A DNA stretch of 62,431 nt, counting the filler, from Collodictyon triciliatum (taxonomy: Eukaryota): assembly GCA_043381765.1 (NCBI GenBank). It is 4 parts of 4 records of this genome, joined end to end, with 100 filler letters (N's around TTAATTAATTAA, not from the genome) between each part and the next. Parts side by side here need not be neighbours in the genome. Positions count along the whole stretch, not along the records: positions 1 to 24,498 come from JBHJMP010001082.1; positions 24,599 to 49,070 come from JBHJMP010001083.1; 2 more parts are not named here. One strand, 5' to 3'. The notes beneath the pieces are model-generated. The model was given only the letters and a program-made list of their open reading frames with translations, did not search any database and had not been told where the DNA came from. Within the stretch, counting starts at the first letter, position 1; each line of letters starts with the position of its first letter. A program made the position numbers and the translations under genes. Shown here piece by piece: positions 18,401 through 32,400 of this stretch.

Positions 18401-20638
18401 CTAAAATGCCTTTTATTTCTTCTTTCATTTGAGTAGAGTACTCTCGATTCCGTTTGTCTTTATGGGTTCCAATAATAATGATTTTTGATCCAGGCGCAAA
18501 GTCATCCAACATTTTAATCCACCTACAAAGATTGTTTCTATCCTTCCCATGATCTAGCCTATATAAAATCAGGACGAGTGCTCCGCTGGATAGAAAGAAT
18601 GGGTGCGTTACTTGAAACTCTTCTTGTCCACCAAAATCCCACATTTTGATCGAAATTTTAGTCTGAAATACCCCACCAAAAGATCGTTCATCAATATCTA
18701 TACGAGCAATACCGTCCGTGCGCTCTCTTTCTTGGTCCACAGTATTTTTGAAAAACAAGGATTTTTGGGATATCGATTTGGTAAGTGTAGTTTTACCAGC
18801 CTCTCCCTCGCCTAGGAGCAAAAGTCTGCCTTGAGTCCACTTTTGTGTTTGTCCTCTGGTTAGTTCATAAAGAAAGTTGATTATAGCATCAGACCCTTGA
18901 TTGATCACATTTTGAGGGACATTCTTGATTGGATTTCCTTTGACAAGTAACGTGCCATTAGCCAACCTTTCCATAGAGCCCATAACCGAGGGCAAAATCT
19001 TAATCTAAAAAAAAATACACTTTTACAAAATATATGTTGGATTATCATATCCCACTCGAATGTCACCTTGTTTTCGTTCAGATTAATATCAATTAGGCGA
19101 GTTAATTTCCGAATATCGTCATGTATCTTGGATATCTAAAAGAATTTTTTGTGAGGAAAACAAATATAAAAGAATCAAGGAATTATATATGAATTGAGTG
19201 TGCCTACATTATTGAAAGAAAGGTCTAGGTTTTCAATCCAAGGCATATCAAAAAGAGCTGAAGGCATCTCCAAGAACTAAATGAATCCAATTAAAATTAT
19301 TTTATGGTATACATTTGCTTATTTTACTCTTTATTTATCTAAAAAAAAAGTTCATTCATAAAAAATGACTAATCGTTGAAAAAAAAAACTACTTGATTTC
19401 TTGATAAGCATAATTTTACAAGTCTGGTCAAGTCTTTCATTCGGTCTGGTAGCGATGATATCTTATTTTCGTAAATTATTTTATTAAAAAAATTAGGCCA
19501 AGTCAGGTTTTAAGAAAATAGTATGAATAAAATGAAAGCAATTAGTATTATCTTGTGCAAGAAAGAAACACCTTGTTATTTGTAAAGTCAATAGATTTGA
19601 ACTCTATTAGAGTCTCTATTTGACTATGGATATCAACGATCTCCTGATGAACAAATAAATGCTCGAACATGTCCAAAGTTTGAAGAGCCTCAGAAAAGTT
19701 TTTGCTCTGTCCATAATTTTGAGTATTGTTCCAACACGGTAAATTTGATATCCCTTTATGACATCTTTTGACGCTTATGTTTCCCTCGTGCTCCAGATGC
19801 AACACATACAAATTCGTCAGTGCAGTCATCCCAGATGGAAGGACCTCAATCTAAGGTGATAAAAAGTATGCATATTTTATTTTTAAAAAAAAAGATAATT
19901 AAATTGTAAGTTTAATGATGGTATTGACCCTAATGAAGATACACAAATTAAAATTACACTGTTTCCTTCGATATTAAGAGAATACAAAGCTGTCAAACTC
20001 GAAAAGGACTCAGGAAGACATTGAATGGAATTCTGTCGCAGACCCAGTTTACTCAGGTTAACAAGGGTTGATACTGCATCCGTAAACGATTCGAGGTGAT
20101 TTTGTTCGAGGTGAAGCCTATTTAACTTTGTCAGTAGAGATATTCCAAGAGGTAAAGCAGATATATGATTTTGATTAGCGATAAACTCTTTCAAGTTGGT
20201 AAGGTGTGATATTCCATCAGGTATGCTCGAAATATGATTCCTGCTAATGTGTAGAACCGTCAGATTTATCAAAAGAAATAGCGGTGACGGGACACTAGTA
20301 AATTCATTCTGGCTGATATCTAGTTCCAACAAATTCGTCAACAGCGATATTGAATTCGAAAAGGATGTGAGCTTATTTTGATACAAGTAAAGGGCTTTCA
20401 ATCCTATAAGATTGGCAAAGGACAGGGACAGGCATGAAATCTGGTTTTGGTGGAGATCCAATGCTGTCATGCAGGAGAGGTTTGATATTCCAACTGGAGC
20501 TTCAATCAAGGCCTTTCCGGACAATCTTAAATAGCAGCACTCGAGTAAAATCGCCTCCTTAGGTTCATGATAGGGCTTAAGCGAAGCCAGATATTCTAAT
20601 GGTGTTGTTTGTTCCTCATTTAAGTCTGTCACCTCCAT
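15428..20638 (-). CDS. Roco family protein: LRR-ROC-COR-kinase, putative SAM-like region, C-terminal CaaX; multi-exon
   Basis: LRRs (LxxLxLxxNxL) at 20638-19000. ROC motifs GEGEAGKTT, TDG, WDFGGQ and THKD. COR-like LKFLHDLGSIVWY…VFLDP. A phase-1 intron (GAAG|GTAC…TAG|GTATG) joins this to the kinase exon (ASGSFGRVY, VVK, HEDLKAEN, DFG, QAPE). The protein ends KCTVQ*. Confidence 0.9.
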
Positions 20639-20851
20639 GAAAGTATATTGGTAGAACTATTTTAAACTCCTAGTGAGAGATTTCCTTTAGAATGAAAAAA
20701 ACTCGGTGTCTATATCTTGCTTACTTATGCTATGGAAAATAACAAGAAAGCAGAAAGTTGATAAAAAGGTTTCATAAAGACAAGTGTGAAAATAGTAGTT
20801 TATGCTTTTCTATTGATTTATTATTTTTTTGAAATGGGGGATAGAAGGGAC

Positions 20852-20962
20852 GAGAAACAAGAAACAAGAAACAAGAAACAAGAAACAAGAAAAGAAAAGA
20901 AAAGAACGAAAGAATGAAAGAATGAAAGAATGAAAGAATGAAATAACGAAAGAACGAAAGAA
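20852..20962 (+). repeat. purine-rich tandem repeats (GAAACAA)n/(GAAAA)n/(GAAAGAAT)n
   Basis: Directly visible in the sequence. Confidence 0.85.
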
Positions 20963-22161
20963 GGAGATGAAATAAACAGAAGAATAAAGAGAATGAAAGA
21001 GATTAGAAAGAAGTTATAGGCACAGATTTAGTTCTAACAGACTATCCACCCAGTCTTCACGAGGTATTGCTTATAGAAAAAGTAATTAAACCACACAAAA
21101 ATAATTCAAAGAGCCGTCGCCATTTTCTCTATATTTTTTCCATATATACTTTGATAGTATATACAATACGCGATGGACCGTTCGATGCTGAAGCGGATTA
21201 GAAGCAGATGAGCCCAGGGCGGTGATTTGGATTGGATGCGCAGCCGCGCTGATTATATGATCCAACCGCACTCCTGTTTTGCTGGGTGAAGCTGCGGTTT
21301 CTTAGCAGGACTCTCAGCACTTTTTGGTCAATAATCGCGCACCGAATCTGGAATTTAGAGGCATTTGCTTTTGGCCACATAGCTCACTTTCTTATAGTAA
21401 TTGATATTAATTGATATAATTATTATATTATTCGATAACTTTTTTGGAATTAATTTCGTTCTTTACAATAAATTATTAATTTTCCAGAATTGTTGCGGAA
21501 GACAATGTTTCTTTGTGGGTGGGGTTGATGTTTTGGGTTAGCTCGGGTTGGGTGGGCTGGTGTCGGATGGTATAGATACCGAAAGCTGCAAGCTGGCTCG
21601 GGTCTTGGCTGTTGAAAGGTAGGATACAACTACATCCAAGCAACAGATAAACTTCAGATTATTCCTACTACTGTTCGGGGAATCACAAATATTTTGCAAG
21701 GATTAATAATAATAATAATAATAATGATAAAAAGAAAAAGAAAAAGAAAAGCGAAGGAATAATAGCTGTGTGAGTTGATAGTTTTTCTTGCATATTCTAG
21801 AAACAATTTGTTTGTGTTCATATTATCTATGTATCTTATAGTTGCATCGAGGTATGATTTGCATATGAGAATGTAATTGCAAGAAATAAATTTGAAACGC
21901 AATAATAACCCGTCGCTAGTCAAATGATAAAGACCTATTTGGTGATTTATCATATTATTATCATTATTATTATTTTGGTGGGAATGTGACGTATAATTCA
22001 AATCAGCAATTATGAAACGCTATTGTATCCGCCAAATTCTCAGTTTTTATCTGGACTCGACTGTATTATTTCAAAAGCTCGTTTATCAAGAAATAGGGGC
22101 ATTTAGCTATTTTAAAAGGCTTGTATCCAGCATTGTAATTTTGTCCATTTATTGCTTTGTC

Positions 22162-23206
<1,045 letters not shown>

Positions 23207-23571
23207 CTCTTCCGCCCACGATCTTGTTGGCCCAGCTATAAAGTTTACCTTGAACTGGTGGGCGATACTTCGCTGCGCCTCTCATGCTTGTTTGTTCACG
23301 CACAACTTCAATAATGCATTCAATGCTTCGCGCTTCGTTCATCTTGCCAGCAAAAATTGTTTATGGCGCTCGGCATTCGTTGTGCCTCGAGTTTTGTGCG
23401 TGGGTATGAAACGACAAACAGGGAGGAGTCCAAAGAGAGTTGTAGCCCCGTCTCTATGTACATCCTCCTATCGGAAGGTGTGTTCACATCACATGTGATT
23501 GTGGTTTCTTTCCAACAGTTTATTGAGAGAAAACAAAGCCGAGGAAACCGCCTTCGCCTCTAGGACAAGAA

Positions 23572-24498
23572 ATGAGCTGTGGACGAGACAGTGGAAAACC
23601 CCGGATTGTGTGGTTGGAGATTTTGTGTTTTGGGTGGAAAGAAAAAGAAAAAGAAAAAGAAAATAGAAAGGAGAGAAAGTGTTCTCACACACAGACTATT
23701 CTACCCGAAGTGAATCAGTTACAACGCGATTTCTGGTTGTGTTCGAGACTGATAGAAGAGCGGATAAAGTTGTCGGGTCGATGAAAGTACGCACATGGCA
23801 GTTACTTCTCAAATCGATTCCGACGAGTCCTTTCAACCATCTATCTCAGACAAGGTTTACATCCTATTTCATTCCACTGGATGAGTCTTTTGAGGGGACA
23901 ACGGGTCACTTTCCTTGCGTTTCTTGCTGGGCGACTCAGTCAAAAAGCGATACATCGTTATTTGCCTGGTATTATCGGAAGTGGCGCTTGACCGTCCCCT
24001 GGTTTCGGGACCATGCGTAGCCGGCAGTGGACTTTGCTTAACCGGAGTATGGATATGTGTTTGTGGTTTTAGAAACATACGCTCCTGCTTGCTCGGACTG
24101 TCTTTGGTGTGTGAAGTTCCAAGCTTGGATTCGACTTGTGCTGTTTGCTCTTGCTTCTTGGTTCTCGGTGCGACGGGCTGGGGCAGGGTAAACGGACTGT
24201 CTTTGGTGGGCGCTGGTTCTTGTGTTGCCTTCGCTTTGGAGTATCCTTTCGGATAAGTAACGAAGACTGCCTTGAGGCCTCCTGTGTTATCATATTCACG
24301 TCAGTTTGAATGGGTAGTTTAAGGGGGGATTTCTTTCGGGGTTTGGAGATGCACTGCTATTGGGTCTTGCGATGTGCGGACTTGTCCGGTGTTGGCGGCG
24401 GAGGGCTCGAGTGCGAGGATTCTGAAGAGGAACCGAGATTTCCTTCCATGTCATCGTCGCTGTCGCTGTATGCGCGTATCTGCTGTGAGTCTTGCGGG
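23572..24498 (-). mobile_element. interspersed repeat copy (left arm) with a decayed S/P/K-rich ORF end
   Basis: The reverse complement of 23572-24352 aligns with 24601-25378 with scattered substitutions and indels. The reading frame is broken by stops and frameshifts, and the copy runs into the gap. Family not identified. Confidence 0.65.
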
Positions 24499-24598
24499 NN
24501 NNNNNNNNNNNNNNNNNNNNNNNNNNNNNNNNNNNNNNNNNNTTAATTAATTAANNNNNNNNNNNNNNNNNNNNNNNNNNNNNNNNNNNNNNNNNNNN
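24499..24598. other. artificial assembly gap spacer
   Basis: 44 N + TTAATTAATTAA (stops in all six frames) + 44 N. Confidence 0.97.
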
Positions 24599-25378
24599 GC
24601 GCATCTCCAAACCCCGAAAGAAATCCCCCCTTAAACTACCCATTCAGACTGACGTGAATATGGTTAACATAGGAGGCCTCAAGGCAGTCTTCGTTACTTA
24701 TCCGAAAGGATACTCCAAAGCGAAGGCAACACAAGAACCAGCGCCCACCAAAGATAGTCCATTTATCCTGCTCCAGCCCGTCGCACCGAGAACCAAGGAG
24801 CAACAGCAAACAGCACAAGTCGAATCCAAGCTTGGAACTTCACACACCAAAGACAGTCCGAGCAAGCAGGAGCGTATGTTTCTAAAACCAAAGATGCGTA
24901 TCCATACTCCGGTTAAGCAAAGTCCACTGCCGGCTACGCATGGCTCCCGAAACCAGGGGATGGTCAAGCGCCACCTCCGATAATACCAGACAAACAACGA
25001 TGTATCGCTTTTTGTCTGAGACACCCAGCAAGAAACGCAAGGAAAGTGACCCGTTGTCCCCTCAAAAGACTCATCCTGTGGAATGAAATAGGATGTAAAC
25101 CCTGTCTGAGATGGATGGTTGAAAGGACTCGCCGGAATCGATTTGATAAGAAACTGCCATGTGCGTACTTTAATCGACCCGACAACTTTATCCGCTCTTC
25201 TGTCAGTCTCTAACACAACCAGAAATCGCGTTGGAGCTGATTCACCTCGGGTAGAATAGTTTGCGTGTGAGAACAACTTTCTCTCCTTTCTATCTTCTTT
25301 CTCTTTCTTTTTCCACCCAAAACACAAAAACTCCAACCCCACAAACTGGGGTTTTCTTTTGTCTCGTACACAGCTCAT
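24599..25378 (+). mobile_element. interspersed repeat copy (right arm), inverted relative to the left copy
   Basis: Homologous to 23572-24352. Both copies end at …CACAGCTCAT on the outer side. Confidence 0.65.
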
Positions 25379-25754
25379 CTTTTTTCTTTCTTCCTCCTTT
25401 TTGTATAGATGATATCAACGCCATCACTTCCTTCATGTCGCAAACCTCGAAAAATAAAGAGCATTCAATATGTATTCCACGAGCCGTAAATGCGACGGCG
25501 ACCAAAAACTGCCCATTTTGAAGTCGAAGCTTGACATTGTGTTGGCGTGAAAAATACTGTCAGTATTCACATTTAAAATACGTACCTGTCAGCCTTAAAC
25601 GTGACATAAACTTTGATTTGTGCAGCGCACTTGATTTATTATCTCCTCCATCATCTTACTCTACCATTCCTCTATCTGACTTCCTTTCTTTTTATTTACA
25701 CCGAGAAGTTGAAACATGAGCGAGTCGCACCGGAATAGGCCACGACTAAATCCC

Positions 25755-28282
25755 TCACCAGAGCACCAGTTCTCGTGAGACGCCAGAGGATTTTTTCAAG
25801 GAAAGGCTTCTTCTAGGGTCTGTTTTACAAAATCGTAATGACGATATGTCACAGTTTCTCCAAGGGAATATACAATATGAAGGGTATTGTTCAATTTATT
25901 CATTTATGCAAGGGCACGAACCTTTACAAATGTTTTTGCGAAAGATTCCAATAGCGTCTTGAGGAGCTGCAAAGACGCCGTTTCATGTGACGGTGCCACA
26001 GGAGCAAATCCTATTGTCGAGTCTGAGTCGCGATATGAACTCAGTGCTGACCCTGAAAACGAATCACGGGGAGTCCTATAAAATCGGCACAGTATATCCG
26101 ATTAAACCATGAGTACTGCAAAGAAAATGGAAATGAGGGGGAGTTGACATATTGAATCGTGTGTTTAAAGATGAGTACTCTGTTGTTGGTGCTGCTTTGT
26201 TGTAAAGAGAGGACAACGCATGGTAGTCGATATCATTCCCGAAGATATGTTGCATAGCATTCCTGACCACCAAGTTATCCATCAAGAAACATCAATACAG
26301 AGACTGGATGGTTGGTTTTTGTTTCTATTTTTTACAATTGCTAAAGAACAATCTCATATTTAAGTCTCATAACAAATAAAATTAGCTATTGCTAAAACAG
26401 GATGTACCTCTTTGCTTGGTCCTCACTTTCTCCGTACAAAATAAACACAGATTCGAGTGCCTTCATGAAGGAGTTTAGTGCGTTTGGTCCATTTGCTTTT
26501 AATATGAGACAGAAATAAGTTAGCTTTACCAAAATATCCGCAGATAATAGTATATAAAATCAGGGTTTATTCTTCAACACGTAGATTATATTTACATATG
26601 AGGCTTTGGCTGCAGATAGACGTCAAGTCCGAGTCCTTTGTCCATTTGTATGTAGACAGTAGATTACTACTGGTGGGCACTTTTCCAACTTCGGGGGACT
26701 TTGATGAGTCCAAAGGATTCGACCGGGTTGGGCTCGGCGTGCGAAGAGAAACAGGAGTTGCCATAGGCGTGTTCCTTTGTTGGGAGCAATACAAGTCCAC
26801 AAATTTCATATCCTATTCAACTGTCAAGAACAAGAACGGATGTCGATAGAGACAAACATCATACATATACTCAGGGCTTACATGTGAGGACAAACGAGGA
26901 ATACGATAAAGAAATTCATATGTTATTGAGTTAATAAACACATGCTCAAAAAAAGTTTCAGCAAAAAGGTCTTAAAGTCTACGAATCTAAGTTTGATTTG
27001 GATACGATGTTCGTTTTCATCACGTGTACCACATCAAATAACTGCTGCACGCGTTCCTTTGAAAACCCTGGCTGAACTGTGACAAGTAGAGTAGTCTATA
27101 CATATAACATTAAACATCGATTTTCTCGCCAAGAGAATGAAAAAAAAAATGTGCACCACGTGGAGCTATCATCACTATATTTACAGAATAGGACAGACTG
27201 GATTACTGCAGGGGTATTACCTCAGGGATTCGGCTTTTGATATCACCAGAGACATCTTTTAGTTGAGAAGGAAGGCAAAGCAGAAATACGACTTTGGCAA
27301 CTCTCACAAGCTTCTCGCATGATAGGAATGTAAAAAAATGGTGAGGTGCAAACTTGCTGATTTAAATGACGATATTTATAAAAAAATATTATTTTTTACG
27401 ACAGCAAAAACAGAAAAAAGTCATCGTCATCAGATATGCAAAAATTCACTCCTGCATTATCGAATCCGCAGACCACACCGCGACTCGAGTATCTTATCAT
27501 GGCATCTGGCCTCCTTGTGGACACATAGATATGTTTTCCGTTCAACGTACCTAATATTAAAACGCGAACCTGATCATTTTTGCCTTTGTTGTATTCCCAT
27601 TATTATGTAGAAAGCGCACGTAGTGATGCAACCTTTGATTGAAAATGTAATACTTCAAACGGATTATGATATGATTCCTTTTACAAGTTAGATCAAATGA
27701 ATTTAAATACCAGAGTCAAGTAATAAATCCAAAAAGTTCTTTCCTATTTCGCCTGCACCGATTATCCCCACGATAAATTCAGTCGAATCAGGGAATGCAA
27801 TACTTTCAGAATCCTGGGAACCACCAAGCGTGCTATCGCCCAAATACAAACCCCCTCGCTGGGAGACAGGTGCCTTCTTTGATATATCGGTCTCAATAAT
27901 GGCCTCATTATCTGTTGGTGTACCTTCTGGAGGAGAATATGTTATGACTTAATATATTCGACTTGAATTCATGGTTTGACATCTTAATCTTGTTTAATTA
28001 CATACACATACATATACACATACATATACACATACATATACACATACATATAAATATAAATATACATATACAGGTCGATAATATGCAATCACCAAGTAAA
28101 GACGACTGTCCACGCCGAGATTTTAGCTCGCAAATCATAAAGATCTTTTGGACGACCCGAAGAAAGTAAAAAAGCTGCAATACAATACACTTTCGGACAA
28201 TAGGCTGAAAGGCCAACGCCGTATTTAAAAAGGGATACCGGAAGTCACCAGCAAGTCGCAAAATCTGCGTGTCCGAGAGCAT
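25755..28282 (-). CDS. NOXRED1: NOXRED1-like (pyrroline-5-carboxylate reductase-related NADP-binding protein), multi-exon
   Basis: Rossmann motif FIVGIIGAGEIG, then VSTRRP and VVFLLCLPSQL, which resemble the NOXRED1 motifs STRRP and IFLCCLPSQL. Exons join in phase to …SRELVLW*. Confidence 0.72.
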
Positions 28283-28981
28283 CGGAAACTCATCTGGGCA
28301 GAAACATACCAAAAGCAATAGAATTAATAACAACAACAACCTCTTTTTATACAATACCGCTCCTCTCCTACTAGCGAGTCCCTACCGCATTTTTTTTTTT
28401 TTTTGCAGTGTTAAATCAAGAACAAAATAAAAAAAAGATTAAAAAAAATAGAAAAAGAGATGTTTTCACGTTGAGAAAAGCAAAGAAAACTCACGCAACC
28501 ACGTCGGGTAATGACCTTTCCACATCTCCAATCCTTTGGAGTCTGTCTTTCGATGCGCAGTTCCCGGACGAGACGACATCCTCTCCCGTTTTTCTAATAC
28601 ATTTGTTTCCGATCAGCAACACACCGCGAAGCAGCTCAAAGCCCCGCGCAAGAAAAAGACAGCGGAAGCCAAAGCCCGATCAAATCCCGTCGGGCGCCGC
28701 CTCTCCATCCCACATTAGGTATGTGCACGCAGCATCTCCATTCTTGGCATGAGTGTATTGGTTCTGGAGGAAAAGAATATGAAGAGGAAATGAGGGTGGG
28801 GGCAAAACAATTTGATTAATGGCGGAGTGCATAGGCGAAAAGGCGCAACGGACTGACGAGTCGGTTTGGGCGGACTCGTCAGCTGGGCGGGAAGGAGGAG
28901 TGACGGAAGGCCTCCGGATCCAAACAAGGCAGACATGCAAATCACAGAGACTTTGGCGCCCAACGCAAAGCACGCATGCGT

Positions 28982-29393
28982 TTACATGACAGTGCATTTT
29001 TTGCGTCCCTGGGGAGAGTTCGCGCCGCCGTCCTCAGAGTCTTCGATTTTGCCTGTGGATTTGCGACGGAGGCTGATGGACCTTCTGGATTTCTGCTTGG
29101 GGGGCTTGTCTTCTACTCCCGAGCTGCCTGCCTCGGCATTTTCAGAGTCGCTCTTGGCGGGTGTTTCGGGTGACGGCACAGGTGTGCGGGGCGATTCGGG
29201 AGTCTCTGATGCGCTGGTTGACACGATAATTTCATCGGGGGACACTGCGGGCTCCGTTGTCTCTGTGATGGTCGGCTGTGGTGGGCTTGCAGGGCTCTCG
29301 GCAGGGCGTGTGTCTACGGAGAAGGACCCGCTGGATGATTGGCGGCTGAGCATGTCCCGCTCAAGCTCAGCTTCGATGGCCTGTTGTGATGAC

Positions 29394-29426
<33 letters not shown>

Positions 29427-32400
29427 AATAATAATAATAAAACTAAAACTCAAAAAACAACCTTGTAGTGCTCCATGTTACGCTTCATGATAATCTCCAG
29501 TGGACCAAGAATCTCCACGAATTTGTTACGTTCCAGGTATACGCACTCAACCTTGCCATCGGCGATGATGTTTGCTCGGCGAGGGTTGTTTGTAATCAGC
29601 GCCACCTCACCAAAGTAATCGCCTTTGGTGTAGTCCTTGGCTAGGCGGCCCGCTGGTAGTCCAGGTCCCGGGCTCCTTGTGCAAAAGGCCTTACCCTGTG
29701 TTGTGTTAAAGCAGAATTGTTGGAAAGAAAATGAGTGTCAACATGAGAGTTGATAACTAAAGTTTTAACTATGTGATGTAACCAAAGTACTCATGACTAT
29801 TTATAACATAGGAATATTAAAAATACACAAAACATATACAATAATATGAAAAAGCTACTATTAGAGAATGAATAATTCAGCTCTAAATACTAATACAGTC
29901 CTGATGCTAGGGTGATAAGATGAATATAGACAGGGTATTACCTCGAGCAGAATAAAGAAGCGATCTCCTCGTTCCCCTTGAGTGATAATGTATTCGCCGT
30001 TTTGGAATGTTGCTTGAAGAAGCTGGTCTGATAACGCCCTCCGTTCTTCCTTTTTTAGAGAAGCTATGATAACATTTAACAATCAATATTTCGATTACAG
30101 TGTATATCAAAAGAGAATCAGAGCCGATGTTCTGATTCAAAAATGAGACTGGTGGTTTGTTCCTTAAATTGCGAAGGAAAATTATGGACTATTGTATACC
30201 TCTTCAGATTTTTCTAGAAAGATATAAAAAAAATTTTAAAAAAAGAAAACGAAAGGGAAATCATCTTACCCAAGATGGGAACTTGGTCCAAAAACGTCTC
30301 ATAGACTTTCTTGTAGTGTTGGATGTTTTCGCGGAGAAGGTCCTCACAAGGTCCCAACAAGCGCACAAATACCTCGCTGGCAAGTCGCAACACTCTACAG
30401 TCACCGTAGGCGATGACGTTGGCCGCGCGAGGCTTGTTAGTCAACAGGGCAATTTCTCCAAAGTAGTCGCCGCGGTATAATCTCTTCAACTCAACAGGTG
30501 CAGCGTTTGCGCCAGGAGTCTTGTAAACCACGGCCTCACCCTTGTTATAAAAACATTGGAGGAGAGGATAAGCATATTACACTGATGATACAAATTCGGT
30601 TTCAAGGTAACGACAAAAAGGAAAAGAAGGCATGCTGCAATAGCAACTTGGTTACGAAAGATGTGGCAAAATATCGACCGTGAGCACTTACAGATTCCAA
30701 TATGTAGAATGCGTTTCCTTCTTCTCCTTCACGAATAATATGTTCGCTGTCCTTGAAATTGATTTCCTCCAGGGCATCAGCAACACGGAAACGCTCAAAC
30801 TCGGAGAGAGGGTCTTTCGAAAGTAAATTAAGCTGGTCAAAACTGTTTCCCCCTTTTTTGACGAATCACTTATCCAAAATTTCGAATTTACATGAATGAG
30901 ATAAACGCACTCAGGATGGGGACTTGCTCCAGGAATTTCTCGTACATTCTACGCTTCTTGTCGCTGGAATCCATCATAATGTGACGGAAGGAAACAGAGT
31001 CCAGAGCCCATAGCAACCCCGAAGTTGCAGCCTATTTTCACAGCACCCAATAAGGATGAGAGAAGTATAAAGACACAATTTCTCATTTTATTACGTCAAA
31101 TGGATATACATGCAAAAATAAATCATACTCGGACAGTGGCTGCGCGGGGACAGTTATACATCAAGGCTAATTCTCCGAATGAGCCACCTGAGGAAACTTG
31201 AACAACCTTTTTAGGCTCGCTTTGTTTATCTTTGGCGACGAAGATGTCAAAGGTTCCATCCTCCACAACATAAAAGTTGTCTCCCTCGTCAACTGACACG
31301 AATAAGAATATATTAGTATTCCTCCATTTTTTTTTTTTTACATAAAGCTAGCTCACAGAGCTAATAAATGATGGATATAAAACAAAACAAAACAGTGAAA
31401 ATAAAGAAATAAAAAAGCTTAATGCGAATAACAGATTGCCAATAAATTAATGCGAAGTTACACACATTGACGAATGACGTCCTCCCCAGGCTGCACGCGT
31501 CTTTCGGCGAAGGCGTCGATGAGTTCCTGCACTTGGTCCGGGTCAAGATGGGAGAAGAGGAAGCTGCTCTTGATAATCTTTCTCAATCGGCCAGTGGCAT
31601 CCTTAGATTTTTCAATTACCTAGAGATAAATGTGATGAAATAATGTTCGGATATTAGTTCCGTGTTAACTTACTTGTCTGAACGGAAATGTAACTTAATT
31701 TGATCAGAATAATGGTCCTACAATCCACTCAAGTGTGTATAAATATAGGGTATGGTGTTGACATTGAATAGGATTAATTACCCTCTTTTCTTGCTTGGAA
31801 GAGGACTCAGTAGATGGCGCACTGATGGCTGTTCTTCTTTTTCTCTCACGGCCACCGACAGGAGGAGTTACCTGCGCAGGTACAGCAGAATCCTTTGTTT
31901 CAGGATTAGCAGCAGACTCTTGGGCGCGCCTCTCTTGCATTTCTTTCACCAAATGTTCATATGCCTTGTACTGCGACATGTTGCGCATCAAAATGTCCTC
32001 ACATGGACCCAGCAGCTCGTTGAATTGGTCACGATTTAGAGTGACACAGGAGAGATTACCCTTGGCAACGATAGATGCCGCTCGAGGTGCGTCAGTCAAC
32101 ATGGCCAGTTCACCAAAGTAGTCTCCCTTGGAATATTTCATGACCTCAACTGGGTCTCCACCTGTGGCTGGTGTCTGATAGGCGGATGCATTTCCCTGAA
32201 CAACTTCGATATTAAAATGATGTCCCTCCAAGATAAACTCTGTCAGTAGTCTGAAATCGATGTGTGCTATGGGAAGGATTTAGCATTACCATCTCAACGA
32301 TGAAAAACCTATCCCCTCGATCGCCCTGACGAATGACAACATCGTTTTCCTTATACTGCATGGGCTGCAATACCTTGGCTATCTGCTGTCTCTCGAAAGA

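Noticed and set aside
23870-23910. Hammerhead-ribozyme-like GATGAGTC…GAC in the repeat arms
   Set aside because: The CTGATGA core is imperfect and the required GAAA is absent.
24543-24554. TTAATTAATTAA palindrome inside N runs (also near 49115 and 57911)
   Set aside because: It is identical and centred in each 100-nt gap, so it is a scaffolding spacer with six-frame stops and not biology.
24698-25378. 226-aa minus-strand ORF in the right repeat arm
   Set aside because: The frame is broken in the left copy and shows no motif, so it is likely an antisense shadow of the decayed plus-strand ORF.
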